Below are positions 22,885-37,091 of a DNA stretch of 64,000 nt, piece by piece. Origin of the DNA: Hydrolagus colliei (lineage: Eukaryota); contig CM068745.1 in the NCBI GenBank assembly GCA_035084275.1, forward strand, positions 50,778,001 through 50,842,000, read 5' to 3'. Made by a program: the position numbers and the translations under genes. Position 1 is the stretch's first letter. Every line of letters starts with the position of its first letter. The notes under the pieces are model-generated. The model was not told the origin of the DNA, searched no databases, and worked only from the letters and a program-made list of their open reading frames with translations.

Positions 22885-25494
22885 CTAGCACATCATTTTA
22901 CAAGAGTCAAATCAATGGGAGTGAGAAAGAAGGCTATAATCTAAAGAGATTCAGATGATTATTTGTAACCACTGCCCCAAAATAAGATTACATCCTTGAA
23001 TTTGCTGAATGATATCTGTTTGAAAAATATGAAGTGCGTAGTTTGATTATTATTCCTCTCCTTTTCTCTGTGTTTATCTTGATGACAATTGGTAGTGTGC
23101 TTGATGTTTCTGATGCATGATTTTCTTAAAAGTATATGAATGTCTTTTTAATCAATTGCTGTACTTTGCAGTTAGTCACGTCTTCCTATTTTTGTTACAC
23201 ATCCTAATAATATATTTTATGTTAAATTTCTTTTGCAGATTCTAAAAGCATTTTGTTTCGACAAAATACATATTTTATCAACTGAATGAATGCTCTTTGG
23301 AGATTGTTTAACTTAACAGATCGTAACAGATCAAGCACATCAATCCCAAATTATCAGTGTTCAGCAATATTGGGTTTGTAATTTTTATTGCAACATGTCA
23401 GCGATGATTTTTTTTAATTCCCACTGTACCTCCAGGAAGCTTTGATTTTTGCAGTATTGTACTGAATTTTCTATACTGCATTTTATTTTAAATAATTAGG
23501 TCCAAAAATTGAATTTCACTGCATTTTCTAAAAGCTTTGTTCAAACCAATACCAGCTTAACACATGTTCTTTCAGCTCCATGCATTATGGTACATTCATA
23601 TTGTCATCTACCACTAATGCAGTTGTTTTGTTGGAGTTCAACTTGCCATGTAAGCAGCACTGCTGGTGCTTGCTGCCATAAACAGTACACATCACTAAAA
23701 TAAGTAGTTTTGGCTGGTATTTCTGGTTGCAGTGTCATCTCCATTAATAACAGATGCACAAGTAAGCTTTCCAATAGGGGCAATACTTGACTGGTGGCCA
23801 GTGGACTGAGCAATTAAAGTGTTTATACCTTTCCAGACAGGCCACCAAAATCCCCAAACGTCTTTATGGATGTTCTCCAGTTGTTTGGGATGGTACTGTC
23901 ACTAGCTAAATGATTGTGGACATACAGTATTGGTTTCAACCCATGCAATTTTCTCAATGTGGAAACAACTACTTGAGAACTATCTCGCAAATTCTTCTAA
24001 TAGTAGAAGCATAGTTTGCATGGCCAACTAATTATTGGTTCTCCAATATAAACAAGACATTAGAAATGAAACACTGTATCAATTAAATTATTTGTTATTA
24101 CATTGCATTCTGCCAATGTGAAACATGCAAGGAATATGCAAGTACTATAATTTATTACTATTTAAATATGCACTACCATTCACCCAAAGTATTCAAATAC
24201 ATACTACAAAGAGAAGCTAATTGGGGATGGATTTTAATTTTTTTGTGTACAATTTATTCAGGTCACTATTGGCATTTGAATAACAGTGGATCTGCTTATC
24301 TCTACCATCTATTTACAAATTCCACCTAAAAAATAGCATCTATTCATTATTTAACAATCGCAACTATGAAAGGTAATGAGGTAAGGACAAACCTTATTTA
24401 ATTTGTGAATTCACGTTTGTTGATAACTTGTAACGTTTAACACAATCAGTGTAATTTTTGACAAGATTAAATGTAAACATTGTTGATCTTTTCTATGCAC
24501 AGGAAGCTAGCTAGCACCCACTGTTCCTACTGATAATATTTTGTGTTTGTTGCTCAAGCGATACACTAGAATCCAACCTTCATACTTGTGTAATTACATA
24601 TTTATTTCAACTGGTACAAAGCATCAATAGTGGGATGAGATGTAACTGTGAAAAGAAAGTGAATGTCCATGGACAGCGCTAATGTCCAGAAATACTATAT
24701 GGCATAGGTAGCTTCAGCGAAAAAGGACAACTTTGTGCTTGTAAACGTGAACGTGTTTAAGCTTTTTAAATAACTCTATGTTATGCTTTTAGTTGTAAAA
24801 TGAATAGTGGCTTTTGGTAAACAATTGAATTTGCTATATGTAAGCAGTTTAATCCACATTTTAACTGCCCAGTTCTATTGATAAACTGGAAATAGGGTCA
24901 CATGTGTAAATAATGCACTCTTCTGCTTCAACAGTGATTCAAAGATATTGGAACAGTTTTCAAAGTGGAAACTCCTAACTCAAGCTACATTTTCTTCCCC
25001 CATTCCATTCCATCACAGTGACTACAGCTGCTACAGTAGATGCATTGCACACTCCAGTCAGTATGTGTGCACAAACAACATAGTTCCGGAACAACAGATT
25101 CCATGTATCCATCTGATAGCATTCATAAGAGGTCGAATGTGGAAGGATTGTTGAAACATTTCAATAGACTATACAGATGAGCAAACAAGTAATTTTCTAA
25201 TAGATGAATATCGTCCAAGTGAGAAAATGAATCAATACATTCTTGCATAAGAACATGAAAACAACATTTTGTGAGGCTGTGTCTTGTAATGCAAGGGACA
25301 GAAAGTCCAGGGGGAATACTTTCTATTCAGATTAATCCCTTATCTGTATGAAAATAATGGTTTTTAAAAATTGTTCAGTGTTGAAATATTGTCACTTTTG
25401 CACATATTCAAAAACAACAAAATTACACTTGTTTGATGCATATCACATCAGGAGGATATTCCAAAGTGCTGGACAGTCAATGTTTCAGACTGAG

Positions 25495-25745
25495 CTGGGG
25501 TTGGAGACTGGAAGGGTGGAGGGAAAGGGGAGGATTTGGGGTGACTAATAGGACCGTTGAAGAGGAGGGTCTTGAGGCGGCACTTGAAGGCGGACTAGGG
25601 AAGGGGTGAGGCAAGGGACTGCGGGATGGAATTCCAGAGATAGGGGCAGAGTGGTTGAAGGCTCACCCGCCAATGGCGGGGCAGGTGGGTCGGGGACATG
25701 GACCGGGACTTGCTGGGCAGAGGGGGCAGACAGGTTGGTACAGTA
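25495..25745 (-). mobile_element. L2 LINE fragment
   Basis: Reverse strand gives an AFNHSAPISGIP (AFS..AP.LWNSLP-like) segment. Confidence 0.75.
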
Positions 25746-25761
25746 GAGGGTTATACCATTT

Positions 25762-26070
25762 GGAGTCCTGTAGCTCAGTGGTTAGAACACTTGCCTCACA
25801 AGCAGGTGACCTGGGTTCAATTCCAGGCAGGGCGAAATCTTGGGCAAGTTTCCTTACTCCACACACTTAACACACTCCACACATCCCTCAAAAAAAAGGT
25901 AATTTAAATCCACGACTGTTTGTGGGTCACAGCTGCGTGCAATTGGATGCTGCATTTTGCCCACATATATAGTCAATTCACTTTACGGTATATTCTGTGA
26001 AGCGCTTTGAGATGTCTAGAAGATGTGAAAAGTGATATATCTAATGCAAGCATTATTATTATTATTGTTA
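25762..26070 (+). mobile_element. Young tRNA-derived SINE (family A), near full length
   Basis: A box TAGCTCAGTGG, B box GGTTCAATTCC, shared body (CCACGACTGTTTGTGGG...CAATTCACTTTAC...GAAGCGCTTTGAGA) and (ATT)n tail. Confidence 0.9.
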
Positions 26071-27424
26071 TTTTGGTTCTCGTTTTCTTTCTCTTCTCCA
26101 GTTATTGGGAGGAATAGGATTGTTGCTAGAGCATCTTTACGCATAATTTTGCTATGATAATGCTTACATTTCATTTTATCTTGAACACATTGATTTCTTG
26201 TTGGTTTATGGTTCCATTGGAATTTGGACATTGGGGATATCATTACTCAAATGGTCATACTTCATTTGTGTGCCTTGACACCGATTGTTGGGAGGCAGTT
26301 AAATCCAATCCTGTCCACTAGACATCCAGTCAGCAGGGGAAATCTTACACATGTAGTATAGTAAAACAACAACTTGTATTTGTATAGTGCCCTTCATGCC
26401 AGACGGAGTCTCAGAACACTTAACTGTGGTGGAGCCCGATCCTGAGCCAGGGGGAGGGGAGATCGTGATGTATTTAAAGCTGTTTATAGAAAAAAGAATC
26501 CCCTGTAATAATAAAATTGTTTTCCCCAAATAGACGCCAAAGTGATGAGGAATGCTGCAGATGGTAGTTTTACCTTAGCATAGTGGATCTAACATTTCCA
26601 TGACATCATCTGGGAATCTGTAAGGAATTCTAAGGATAATGAGGATGGTCATTCAGAACCAAGAGTAAATATTTAATGAGGATATACAAAAGAGGGGAAA
26701 GAAGGTGGTCAGAAAGGTGACACTCTCTCTGTCTCTCTCTCTCCGCTGCGTGAAAGCTCTGCTCATAATCATATACTGCTGGCTTAGGATCAGCCTCAGA
26801 AAACATGTTTGCTCTAATGAGCCTATTTGAGGATTTTTTGTGGCCAACTGATTCCTCTTTGAACATTTAATGAATGTTGTTGATGTGATAAATCTTGATG
26901 CTGGGAATGATGCAGCAGTCAAGAAATACCTTTGTGGTTTAATAATTAAACTGAATCAACACTTCAAAGCAATGGGGGCAGCAAAATAAATATAAATGTT
27001 ACTAGTTTTATGGAGGCATTACATTTATTACATTTTACTCTGCAGAAATAAATACAGTTTCAGCAATGAATTTTTTTTTCCATATTGTACTGAGATTTTC
27101 TCATCTCATGGATTGCATTTACAGCAAATCATTGTATTTCAATAACTTTCACATGAGAATTGAATAGAAATGAACAACACAATATCAAATTTAATACCAA
27201 TTATCATATTAAAGGGAAAACAAAAATGTATTTTACCAGAAGGGTTGACTACACTGGCTGACATTTGCAGACTTCAAATTATTCCTGTTCCATTAAATAC
27301 TAAAAATGGGAATTTTACTTCTGTTACTTCTGTTACTCTAATATACTATGCTTAATCTTTGGATTCTCTGTCTTTACCCTTCTGAATAAATAGATTTCAG
27401 TAATGAGTATAACAATGATAAAAG

Positions 27425-27640
27425 ATCATGCTTCTATTCAATATCACATCAAAATATCTAAAAATATTTTGCGCACATTTCAGTAAAGTATAGTGACTGT
27501 GCATTTGTAGGCAAACTTGGCCGACAATTTGTGCACAGCAAAATTCCTCAGATAATTATGAAGTGAATGATCAAATTGATCCAGAGAATTGTTGCCCAGG
27601 ATATTGGGGGAAAACTTCCTTCTCTTTTTCAATATTGCTA
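27425..27640 (-). mobile_element. Old Deu-domain SINE 3' fragment
   Basis: CAATTTGTGCACAGCAAAATTCC...TTGCCCAGGATATTGGGGGAAAACTTCC. Confidence 0.6.
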
Positions 27641-28010
27641 TTCCTTTGAAAAGCTAAATAAATTAATAAGTAGTTGCTTAATATCGAGTTTGAACACTAA
27701 AAGCTGTATATCGTACCAGGAAAGGGAAGACTGTGGAAAGTAAAGATTTCAGCAGTCTTCGGGTCCTGGGGAAGAAAGAGTTAAAGTAAGACATAGCAAT
27801 GAGTTTGGATTTTAACATTGTTTGTAGGATTGATTTATTTGAAATATTTGAAGGAAGAAGAGGAGCAAGAAAGATTACAGGAAAGAAAGAGAGGATGGAG
27901 GCCAGAGGTGAGGGGAAGGATTGCCTATCAAATAACAAGTCTTTATGTGTATCCTGTTCAGTACTGCAAGAAAAGTATGAGTAGATCATTCTCAGAAATG
28001 AAAGCACTAT

Positions 28011-28420
28011 TAATAATAATCCTTACATTTCATATAGCCCTTTCATGTCAGAAGAACTTCCCAAAGAGTTTCCCAGGATATATTGAAAAGTCCAGTGACT
28101 GCATGTTTCATGGGCAAAATTACAGCTAATTTGCCTGAAGCAACGTTTCACAAAAAGCCATGGATTAAACAATCAGTTTTATTTGGGGTACTGTTGACCA
28201 GGAAACCAGGAGAAACTTTCTTTTCTGTTCAAATAGTACCATGGTGATCATTAATGTGCAGGCATATGGGGCCTCAGTTTAATAAGTCATCAGAAAATTG
28301 GTAGCCCTGATAATGGAGTGTCAATTTAGAGTATATCAATTCCACATACCAACATGGGACTTGAACCCACAACATTCTGACTCAAAGACAAGAGTACTAC
28401 AAACTGAGCCATGCTGACAC
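28011..28420 (-). mobile_element. Old full-length Deu-domain tRNA SINE (SacSINE1/AmnSINE1-like)
   Basis: Head GGGACTTGAACCCACAAC..TCTGACTCA..GAGTACTACAAACTGAGCC; Deu-like GGGGCCTCAGTTTAA and AAATAGTACCATGG; shares its tail with family A. Confidence 0.75.
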
Positions 28421-31320
28421 TCACAACTATTGCGATCTTGAATATCTAGGATTTTATAACAAATTGTTGATAGAAAAAGCAATATTGGGTCTGAAATAGG
28501 TCCCAAAGCATCTTGGAGGCAGCTTTGGCAATGAATAAAACGAGAGATTAAATAATGACCTGGAAAGCTCTAGAATTGATGGGAAAATGCAAGAGCATAA
28601 ATCATCAATTGTAGTACAACTGTCCATTCTGAGAGGAAACAATATCGCTGGAGGTGAAAGTTATACCGGAGTTACCAGAAGAAGGTAACTAGGTAACTTC
28701 CCGAGTGCTTGGTGCCTGGTATTGTTGGTTCGGCAAGATAGTTCCAGGAATATGGCAAACTAGTCACCAAAATGTTTAAGAGTAGATATTCTGCAAGTAC
28801 GTAACGAGGGCATGAAAATCATTAGTAAAGCAGCAATTAGGCAAATACAAGATAGTTACCAGAAAACCTACAGTCTGAGAGATATGCTGAAATACAAATG
28901 CCAATCAGACATGTTGGTTGGTAAAGTTAATAAAAAACATTGCGCATTTTACATAATGCTTTATCATGGTGAAATGTCTCAAACTACATCACAGATTATT
29001 TAGTTTTCATAGAGAAACATAGCAAGATCCAACCTCAGCGGTGAGGTGAACGACCAAACAGTCTGAAGGAGTGTTGGCGAGGAAACAAGGAGAATCTCCA
29101 GTCTCTCTTCAAGTGTCCCCTCAAAATATTGGTTTTGCTAAAAAAAACAATTATGTTGTGAAGAATTATCCAACTCGGTGAGAAACAGGCAGCAGATTAA
29201 TTTAGTGAGTTATGAGGGGCAGATTTTCAGCAAAAAGGGTTGTATTCAGGAGAGTCAGTGTAAAGTAGACCCGCAGCAGGCTCAACAAAATGATTGGAAG
29301 CAAACACCTCTTTTAGATTGAATAGTTGTCCATAAGGAGTTAGAAAAAAAGGTGGAAAAAAGAAGAATCAAAAAGAGGTGATTCAGTGAGAAGCATGAGG
29401 AGGGAAAACTAACTTAAAATGAAATGGATGGAGTTGAGATTAGGAAAGATGCAATGAATATTGCAAAAGTGAAAGACCAAATGGAAAAAAGAAGGACTCG
29501 ATTAAGAGAGCACATTTATAGGGGTTTCATTAGACAAGGGACTTGAGGTCAATGAGCAGAAGAGAAATCAAATGCACACAGCAATCATTACTATGATAAA
29601 AGGAAAATAATTGTATTTTTATACATCTATCCATCTCAAAACACGTTTTTCTGTTGTCTAGCTTTGAAGGTAAATGTGGCAGACATTTAGCATATAACAA
29701 TGTCCCACAACAACCATGAGGCAAATGATGAATTGAAATAGAGAACTATAAGGCAATTACAGAATAATTCATATTAAACCTAGAATAATTGTGATGAATT
29801 CAACACATCCATATATCATAACAAGAAAAATAAATTGCAACTCCTGAATAGAGCAACAAGCAACCTCTCTCTCTCTCTCATACACACACACACACACAAA
29901 CAAACACAAACAGTCTGGAGGGACTGACTGTACACTGTAGACCACCAAATAGTGGGAATGAGCTAGAGGAGAAAATTTGGAAGCAGATTTCAGCAAGATG
30001 CAGAAACAATAGAGTAGTGATTATGGGATACTTCAATTATTCTAACATAGACTGGGAAGAAAACAAGGAAGGGAGGGGAAATAATTCCTAAAATATGTAC
30101 ACAAGTATGTTTCTAGCCCAACAAGGAAGAAATCACTGCTGGATCAAGTCCTAAGCAATGAAGTGGGACAGATTTCAATGGGAAAGCATCTGGATAACAG
30201 TGATCACAATATCATTAGGTTTAGAGTAGTTATGAAATGGGAGAAGGTACAAATGAAAGGTGAAGATACTCAACTGGAAGAGGGCTAATTTCAGAGAGTT
30301 TGAAAATGCATCTGGCCCAGGTGGATTGGGAACAAAGGTTAACATGTAAAACAGTAAATCAGCTTTGTAAAAGGGGGGCCTTCAAGGAGGGGATAGTTAG
30401 GGTTCAGATCAAATACATTCCATGAGAGGGGAAAGTAGGGCATCCAAAGCTAGAGCTCCCTGAATGACTAAGGAAATTGGGATCAAAATGAAGCAAATAA
30501 AGGAGGCTTATGATGAATGTCAGGATCAAAATATATGAGAGAATCAAGCAGAATATAGAAAGTGCTGAGGAGAACTGAAAAACAAAATAAGAGGGGTAAA
30601 GAGAGTGTACGAGAAATAATTACTGGGTAACGTAAAATGGAACACTAAAGTCATCCATACACATATACAGAGTAAAAGGATGGTTGAAGGAAGGATGGGG
30701 TTGATTAGTGCCCAAAAAGGAAAACTTCTTGTGGGGGCAGAGGGCATGGCTGAGGTACTGAATGAGTCTTTTGCATCTCTTATCACAAAAGAGGATGGTG
30801 CCAATGTCACGGTAAAGGAGGAGAGAGTAGAAAACGTGTGTAGGATAAAATTAGATAGAGAAAAGGTACTTAAAAATTTAATGGTGCTCAAAGTAGAAAA
30901 CTAGTGCCTAAGGACTGAGGGCTGCAAATTTTACCTTCCTGTTGATGAACCTGTTAACTACTGATCAGTTGGCCTATTGTCAGTGTATGAACTTGTAGAG
31001 ACCATAATCTGGGACAAAATTAATTTTCACTAAAAAATATCCAAGTTAATTACCGGTAATGACATTCAACAAGGATTTGTTAAAGACAAATCATGTCTGA
31101 CAAACTTATTCGAGTTATTTCATGATATAAAAAAGGATTCATGAAGTTAGTACAGTTGATATACTGTATATGGACTTTCGGAATGTGTTTGATAAGATGT
31201 CACATAAGATGAGGAGAATTTTATTTACACAGCGAGTTGTTATGGTTTGGAATGCACTGCCTAAAAGGGTAATAGAAACAGATTCAATAACAACTTTCAA
31301 AAACGATTTGATAGGTAATT

Positions 31321-31690
31321 ATAATAATAATTATATTTTGATACAGTGCATTTTACATCTTCTAGATGTCTCAAAGCGCTTCACAGAATATACTGTAAAG
31401 TGAATTGACTAAATATGTGGGCAAAACGCAGGAGCCAATTGGGCACAGCGACAAACAGTTGTGGGTTGAAATGACCGATATTTATTATTGTATTTTTGTT
31501 CTTGGGGGATTATTATCAACAACAACAACAGCTTTGATTTATATAGTGCCCTCCACGCCGGACGGCGTCTCAGAGCGCTTATCAGGCGTGTGGAGTAGGG
31601 AAACTTGTCCAACTTTTGCCCTGCTGGGAATCTAACCCAGGTCTCTCAGTTGCAAGGTGAGTGCTCTAACTACTGAGTGACAGGATTCCA
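31321..31690 (-). mobile_element. Family A SINE inserted in a CR1 and itself interrupted by an L2-type tail
   Basis: Reverse-complement head at 31620-31690; tail at 31321-31345. Confidence 0.88.
31519..31578 (-). mobile_element. 60-bp L2-type 3' tail insertion with TTATCA target-site duplication
   Basis: (CAA)n-GCTTTGATTTATATAGTGCCCTCCACGCCGGACGGCGTCTCAGAGCGC flanked by TTATCA at 31513-31518 and 31579-31584. Confidence 0.85.
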
Positions 31691-34046
31691 CTATTTGAAG
31701 AGGAAACAATTGTAAGGATATGGGGTAAGGATAAAGAGCAGGGCAGTGGGACTGATTGGGTAGTTGTTTCAAAGAGTTGCCACAGGAATGATGGGCTGAT
31801 ATATATAGATATATATATCCTTCTGTACTGTAATATTCTATGATTCTATGACCTACTCATGCTCCTAGGTTTCCAAAATGCGAAACATGTATACTGTTTT
31901 GTCACTGATTGGGAAGATGTTAAAACAAGCATGCCGTTGACCTGTTTATATATTTCCACTTGTGCTTTAATTCCACCACATGTTCTTCCATTTGGGGGGT
32001 GGGGGGGTGCAAAATAAGGAACAATACAGTTTACAGAAAAAAGTAGTGGCAATAACAAATTTTTTGATCCTTTTTAATGTATAACTGAAGTCCTTTTTTC
32101 ACAGTGAATATAAGTTGGAAGACTTGCTCTAAAGCTACTATGACAATCTAAAAGTTTTGAAGAGCTGTATTTCCAAATGATAGGTAGTTGTATAGAAATA
32201 TATGTAAAGAATAACAGCAACATGTGAAGGAATTACACACAATTAGTTAAACCTCTTCATAGCTATTGCAAAGTAAATATACACTTGTCTAACAAAGGTT
32301 TAACTTTTATACTTTTTGAATTTTTTATGATATTCTAACAGTAATGTATATATTTAACTTGTAGAGACCAATATTTAGCAGTTCATACATATACCTCATT
32401 TATGTGTCCCATCCTTGAAATGAAATAAAGTAAATGGCAGATCTAACTGGGTGGCATGGGTGCCATTATTAATTGGTATGTTTAAAGCTGTAGTTAACAG
32501 AGCATTCTAACCAGTAACAAACAATGAATTAGCATGCTGCTGACAATTGTCTCCAATGTGATACTGGATGTTTGCACTAATTCTTTCAATTACCTTGTAA
32601 CATTAATGATATGATATGCAAACAATGTAATATTGCATACCTTCAATTTCAAGAGAATGGTTCAATTATCGGCAAATGGAAAGCGTTAGTCAACAGCTGA
32701 CTTAACCAATTAATTTCTTAAAAATCAGTCTTTCTAATGATCATTTATTGGGTTTAGAGTAATCATAATCAAGTTCAAATGTTCTTTTCAAAATAGTAAC
32801 TTTGGCAGAGAATGCTCATATTTAAAAGTAGTCAAAGATTATTTTTGTTGCTTTAAAATGTAATAATCTCTGCTGTTGAGGTTCTAAAAATCCAAAGTAC
32901 CTCTCTGTTCTTTTTTATTTTCTATAGAGCAACATGGCTCTAACCTTCCTGTCTGACCTAAGTGCATTTACAGTGGACTCCAGGGCTCACAGCATCTGTC
33001 TACAGCTTTTCTGACTAACCCCTCTGGAGGCTTGAGTTTTTTTTCAAATTGAATATTATAAACCACACTGCAGGCCACATCCGAGTCTTGTTTCTCTTTG
33101 TGCCCGGGATTGTCTTACTGCCAATGACAGCATTAAGCACCTTCATTAACTTCCTCCCAGTGATTGCAGGTATTTGAATATCACTTTCTAGATCCAATGA
33201 CAATGATATTGAACTCCTGGCACCCTTCAGTTGGATCCGCACATCGACTGTTTTGCAGATCAGAATAAACATGATGAACAATCGTTTAATTTATACGTTT
33301 GGATCTTGCCCAATTCCTGGTTGGGTACTGGTATAATCTCCTACATATTTCCTAACATAGAAATTTCTTCAGTTGTATGAGAATTGCTCATTTTATAATT
33401 TATGCTTATTTAGCTTCTCTCCTGTATGTTTCATCTAATAGGAATACTGTCTGGAGTTTTTTGTTCTCTAAGGACACTTTGCTATGAAACTACTTTATTT
33501 ACAGTGTGATAGTGCCATTTATTCAAATACTGTATCTACATGATGTATTTGTTTCTACAAACAAAATTTTTACATGATTTGTTTTCAATTAGTTGAAGAC
33601 CTAAAGTATTTGCTGCTCCTTTAACTCCAAATTGGGGTGGTAAGTAGTGGAGGAGGAAGGATTCTAAAATATAATGCAGGATTTGCAACCTGAATTAATT
33701 GCGTCAAATGTAGCAAATATGACTTGGATTGTGAAGGCCAATTCCTTCCCAATGTAACAAAGGAAGAAGAAATTGAGGGGGAGTCAATACTGAGCACTAT
33801 TTCAGATGTTTGCATATTTAGCTGAGGAACAACATAGGCCAAGGATAGTTGTTAACCCCAGGAGCCTTTCTTCCTGTAGGTGGGATGATCCACCAACTGA
33901 TAGTTCGAACCACTGTGTCATTGCTGCTTCTCAGATAACCGACAAGGACCTCTATTTGAAGAAGAGCAAATTCATCCTCTCTCAATTTCTTCTCCCTTTG
34001 CTTTATTTGGATAAATTGTAGCAAAACTCACTGCGATTGTAAAGGA

Positions 34047-34320
34047 CAGTGGTTAGAACACTCGCCTTTCAAGCAAGAGACGAGGGTTTGATTCCAGCCA
34101 AGGCCAAACCTTGGGCAGTTTTCTCACTCCACATGCCTGATAATATTCCCTCAAAAAAAATTGGTCACTTCAAACCATAACTGTTTGTGGGATACTGCTG
34201 TGCACATTTTGAACACAAATATACAGTCAATTCACTTTATAGTATATTCTGTGAAGTGTTTTGAGATGTCTAGAAGACATAAAAAGCACTATATCAAATG
34301 CAAGGATTATGATTATTATT
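34047..34320 (+). mobile_element. Family A SINE copy
   Basis: CAGTGGTTAGAACACTCGCC head, shared body, ATGCAAGGATTAT tail. Confidence 0.88.
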
Positions 34321-36551
34321 AAGTAGCCCAAAGATACCACAAATGTTGAATGCAACATAGAGATACAACCTCCACCCCTCCCCCACCCCCCCTTCACACA
34401 CATACACGTGTGTGTCAAAATAACTAAAATAAGATGTGGTGCATCTTTGTTGCACTATTAATGTTAAATTGTTTGCTTGTACCATAAATCTATAATTTCC
34501 AATATTCCAGGTTTTTAGATTCCATGATAGATTCCCTGAGGCCAAATTTTAAAAAAATATTGTTAGCAATGGCCAGAGAAAGAGCATGTCACTTAATAGA
34601 CTATACAGCCTTGAAACAAGATTTAGACCAACTACTCTGTGCTGCTGCTTAAACTCCGGTCTATATGAGTCTCTACCCATTCTAATCCCTTCTCTCGATT
34701 TTCCTCCATTACCCTTCTATTGCACCAATGCAGCCAAGGTTAGTGTTTGTTTCAGTACGAGTCACTTAAAGAACTACAGGTACTGTACCAAAATGTGATA
34801 GCTTAAAATTCAGCTGCAGTTTTTTTTTATCTAATGGTTACAAAACAAAAAATATTTATAGTGTACTTACAGTGGGGAATTGTTGGAAATTGTTCAGCTG
34901 CTTGGTATTCTGTCTTTTATTTTCATTTCAATTTACTTTTTGAAGTTCTTGATAGTCTTTTCTTCTTCAGTCTGCTTTATTCAACAGTGGGTAGGATATT
35001 GATAGCCATCTAGTTACTTGCACTAGTTAATGAGAGTTTTTGTATAGTGTCAATGATGTTCCTTTTTGATCCCCTGGGAAGCTTGTTTGAGGGCAAGCCA
35101 ATTTGCCCCTCCCTCTCCCAATTGGAGATGGAGAATGGCAAGTCCATTTCCTGCAGGGATTCCCAAGTGTTGATATCAACTAAGCCTGCAAATGGTAGTT
35201 GGCTCTCCTGTGGAGAATGCAACATGCTAATGCTACCCATGATTTCACTGTTAACATTAAAGTGACACATACTCCCGATAACTCAACCCTTTCTCAACAT
35301 ATATTATGTATTTATGCATATGCCTGACTCAAGACTCTGCTTAGTACTCTATTTCTTAAAGTAAAATACGAACCAACACAAACATGTCAGTAAATGCATG
35401 TCATGTAGAATGTGGATCTTCATCATTACCCACTGCAGTGTCAATTTTTAAGTCATATTACTAGAGACCTGAAACTGTAACCTGAAATCGTGTGTAAAAA
35501 ACCCCATAATGTACGCTTTTATAATATAGTTAGGGACGAGACTTACATATTGCATTGAATGTAACTTTGCCATAGGTATATCTAAAACCACAAACATAAC
35601 ATACACCAGTCACAATTCTTGAATTGTTAATTATATGTCAGCTATGATCCAAATAGAAAAATTCTAATCTCAATCTGTTTAAGAACCATTTCACAACTCA
35701 TATAATCTGTGTCTGAATCTGATGATGTCACCGAAATAGTGATGATGGCAGATCATAGGCAGTGAAGACAGTGTGTTTTCATTAAACATCTTATAATATA
35801 TTTATATTTTTGAGGGATTGCTCTTCCAGTAGAATATTCGGGGGGTAAACTACAGATAGTTTTGCATCATCTACAAAAGCAGGGAATAGACTTGTCTGTC
35901 CAATGGATATTAATGCCATTTGTACTCCAAGATCCAGAGTTAATGATTATCTCATTTGTGATGAGGCTAAGAGCATTTATCATGCTGCCTCAAAATAGTG
36001 CATCATGCCCTGCAAGTGACCTTGTGAGTACCCAGAGAGTCATAGCTGTAACTTACCACAGCCGTTACAAGCATGCACAAAGAAACAAATAGATGAGGGA
36101 TTCAAACAGATGCTTCCAGACATTGTGATTTGCAATATAGTAGAGTACCATGGTTATCATTATCTGAGGTAAAACTACTATTGCTACTGTATATTGAAAA
36201 GATCAATCCCACATTTATTTCTAAACATGGGATTGTGTTTACCGGCCTTGTTTGTTTTTATTTGAATTGCATTGTGGGACAATATTAAATCTCGGCACCA
36301 CCATGAAGAATGGCCAGGTTAAAGTTTTATTGACTTATTTTTATTTTATGGATTTTACAGCAAAACTCGCATAAGTCGTCTGTTTATAAATTGTATATTC
36401 ATGGCATCGTAATAAACCCACTAAGTTTTCTACCATAAAACACTTAGATTATTTGCACTAGTCGTATTTTATAAATCTGATAAACAGCTAAATCAAAACA
36501 GTCTCTTGGTCTCAAATACATTGTACACCCTATGCATTATTATTCCAAGCA

Positions 36552-36832
36552 AGCGAGAAACCTGGGTTTGCTTACTTGCAGGGCAGGGCACTTGCAGGGA
36601 GGGAACCAGTTTCCTTAGTCAAAATGCCTGAGTATAATCCCTAAAAAAGAACAATAATGAATTGGTCACTTCAATCCACGACTGTTTGTGGGACACTGCT
36701 TTGCGTAATTAGCTGCACGTTTCAACCACAAATATACTGTCAATTCGCTTTACAGGATAGTGAAGCACTTTGAGATGTCTAGAAGACGTGAAAAGCACTA
36801 TATAATATGCAAGGATTATTATGTATTATTAT
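36552..36832 (+). mobile_element. Family A SINE copy with rearranged head
   Basis: Body AATCCACGACTGTTTGTGGGACACTGC and tail GCAAGGATTATTAT. Confidence 0.8.
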
Positions 36833-37091
36833 GCATATTATCTAATAACTTTTAATGCCGTTACCATACTTACTGGCTCCATTAACGTACACAGGAGCAG
36901 TGCTGCATTTGAAACAAACACAAGAAATAAAGTCTTGACCTATTGCATGAATGAAGTCCATTGAAACAAGCACGGAAAACAAGGTATTTGTTTACTGTAT
37001 TTGCAGTTTTAGTCGTATAAAATCCAATTTATACATAACTTTGTGTAATTAGTTTATGATACAATATAGGAGTTTGCCTGTAATTCATACT

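Larger units (their letters stand above)
29905..31851 (+). mobile_element. Degenerate CR1 LINE (ORF2 endonuclease and RT relics, 3' tail)
   Basis: Relic peptides VIMGYFNYSNIDW, HLDNSDHN, QGFVKDKSCLTNL, YMDFRNVFDKMSH, FTQRVVMVWNALP; ends in (ATTCTATG)2. Confidence 0.9.

Noticed and set aside
25762-25835. Cloverleaf-like tRNA (apparent CAC anticodon)
   Set aside because: Continues directly into a SINE body, and the anticodon differs among copies (CAC, CAG, TGC, TAC); it is a SINE head, not a tRNA gene.
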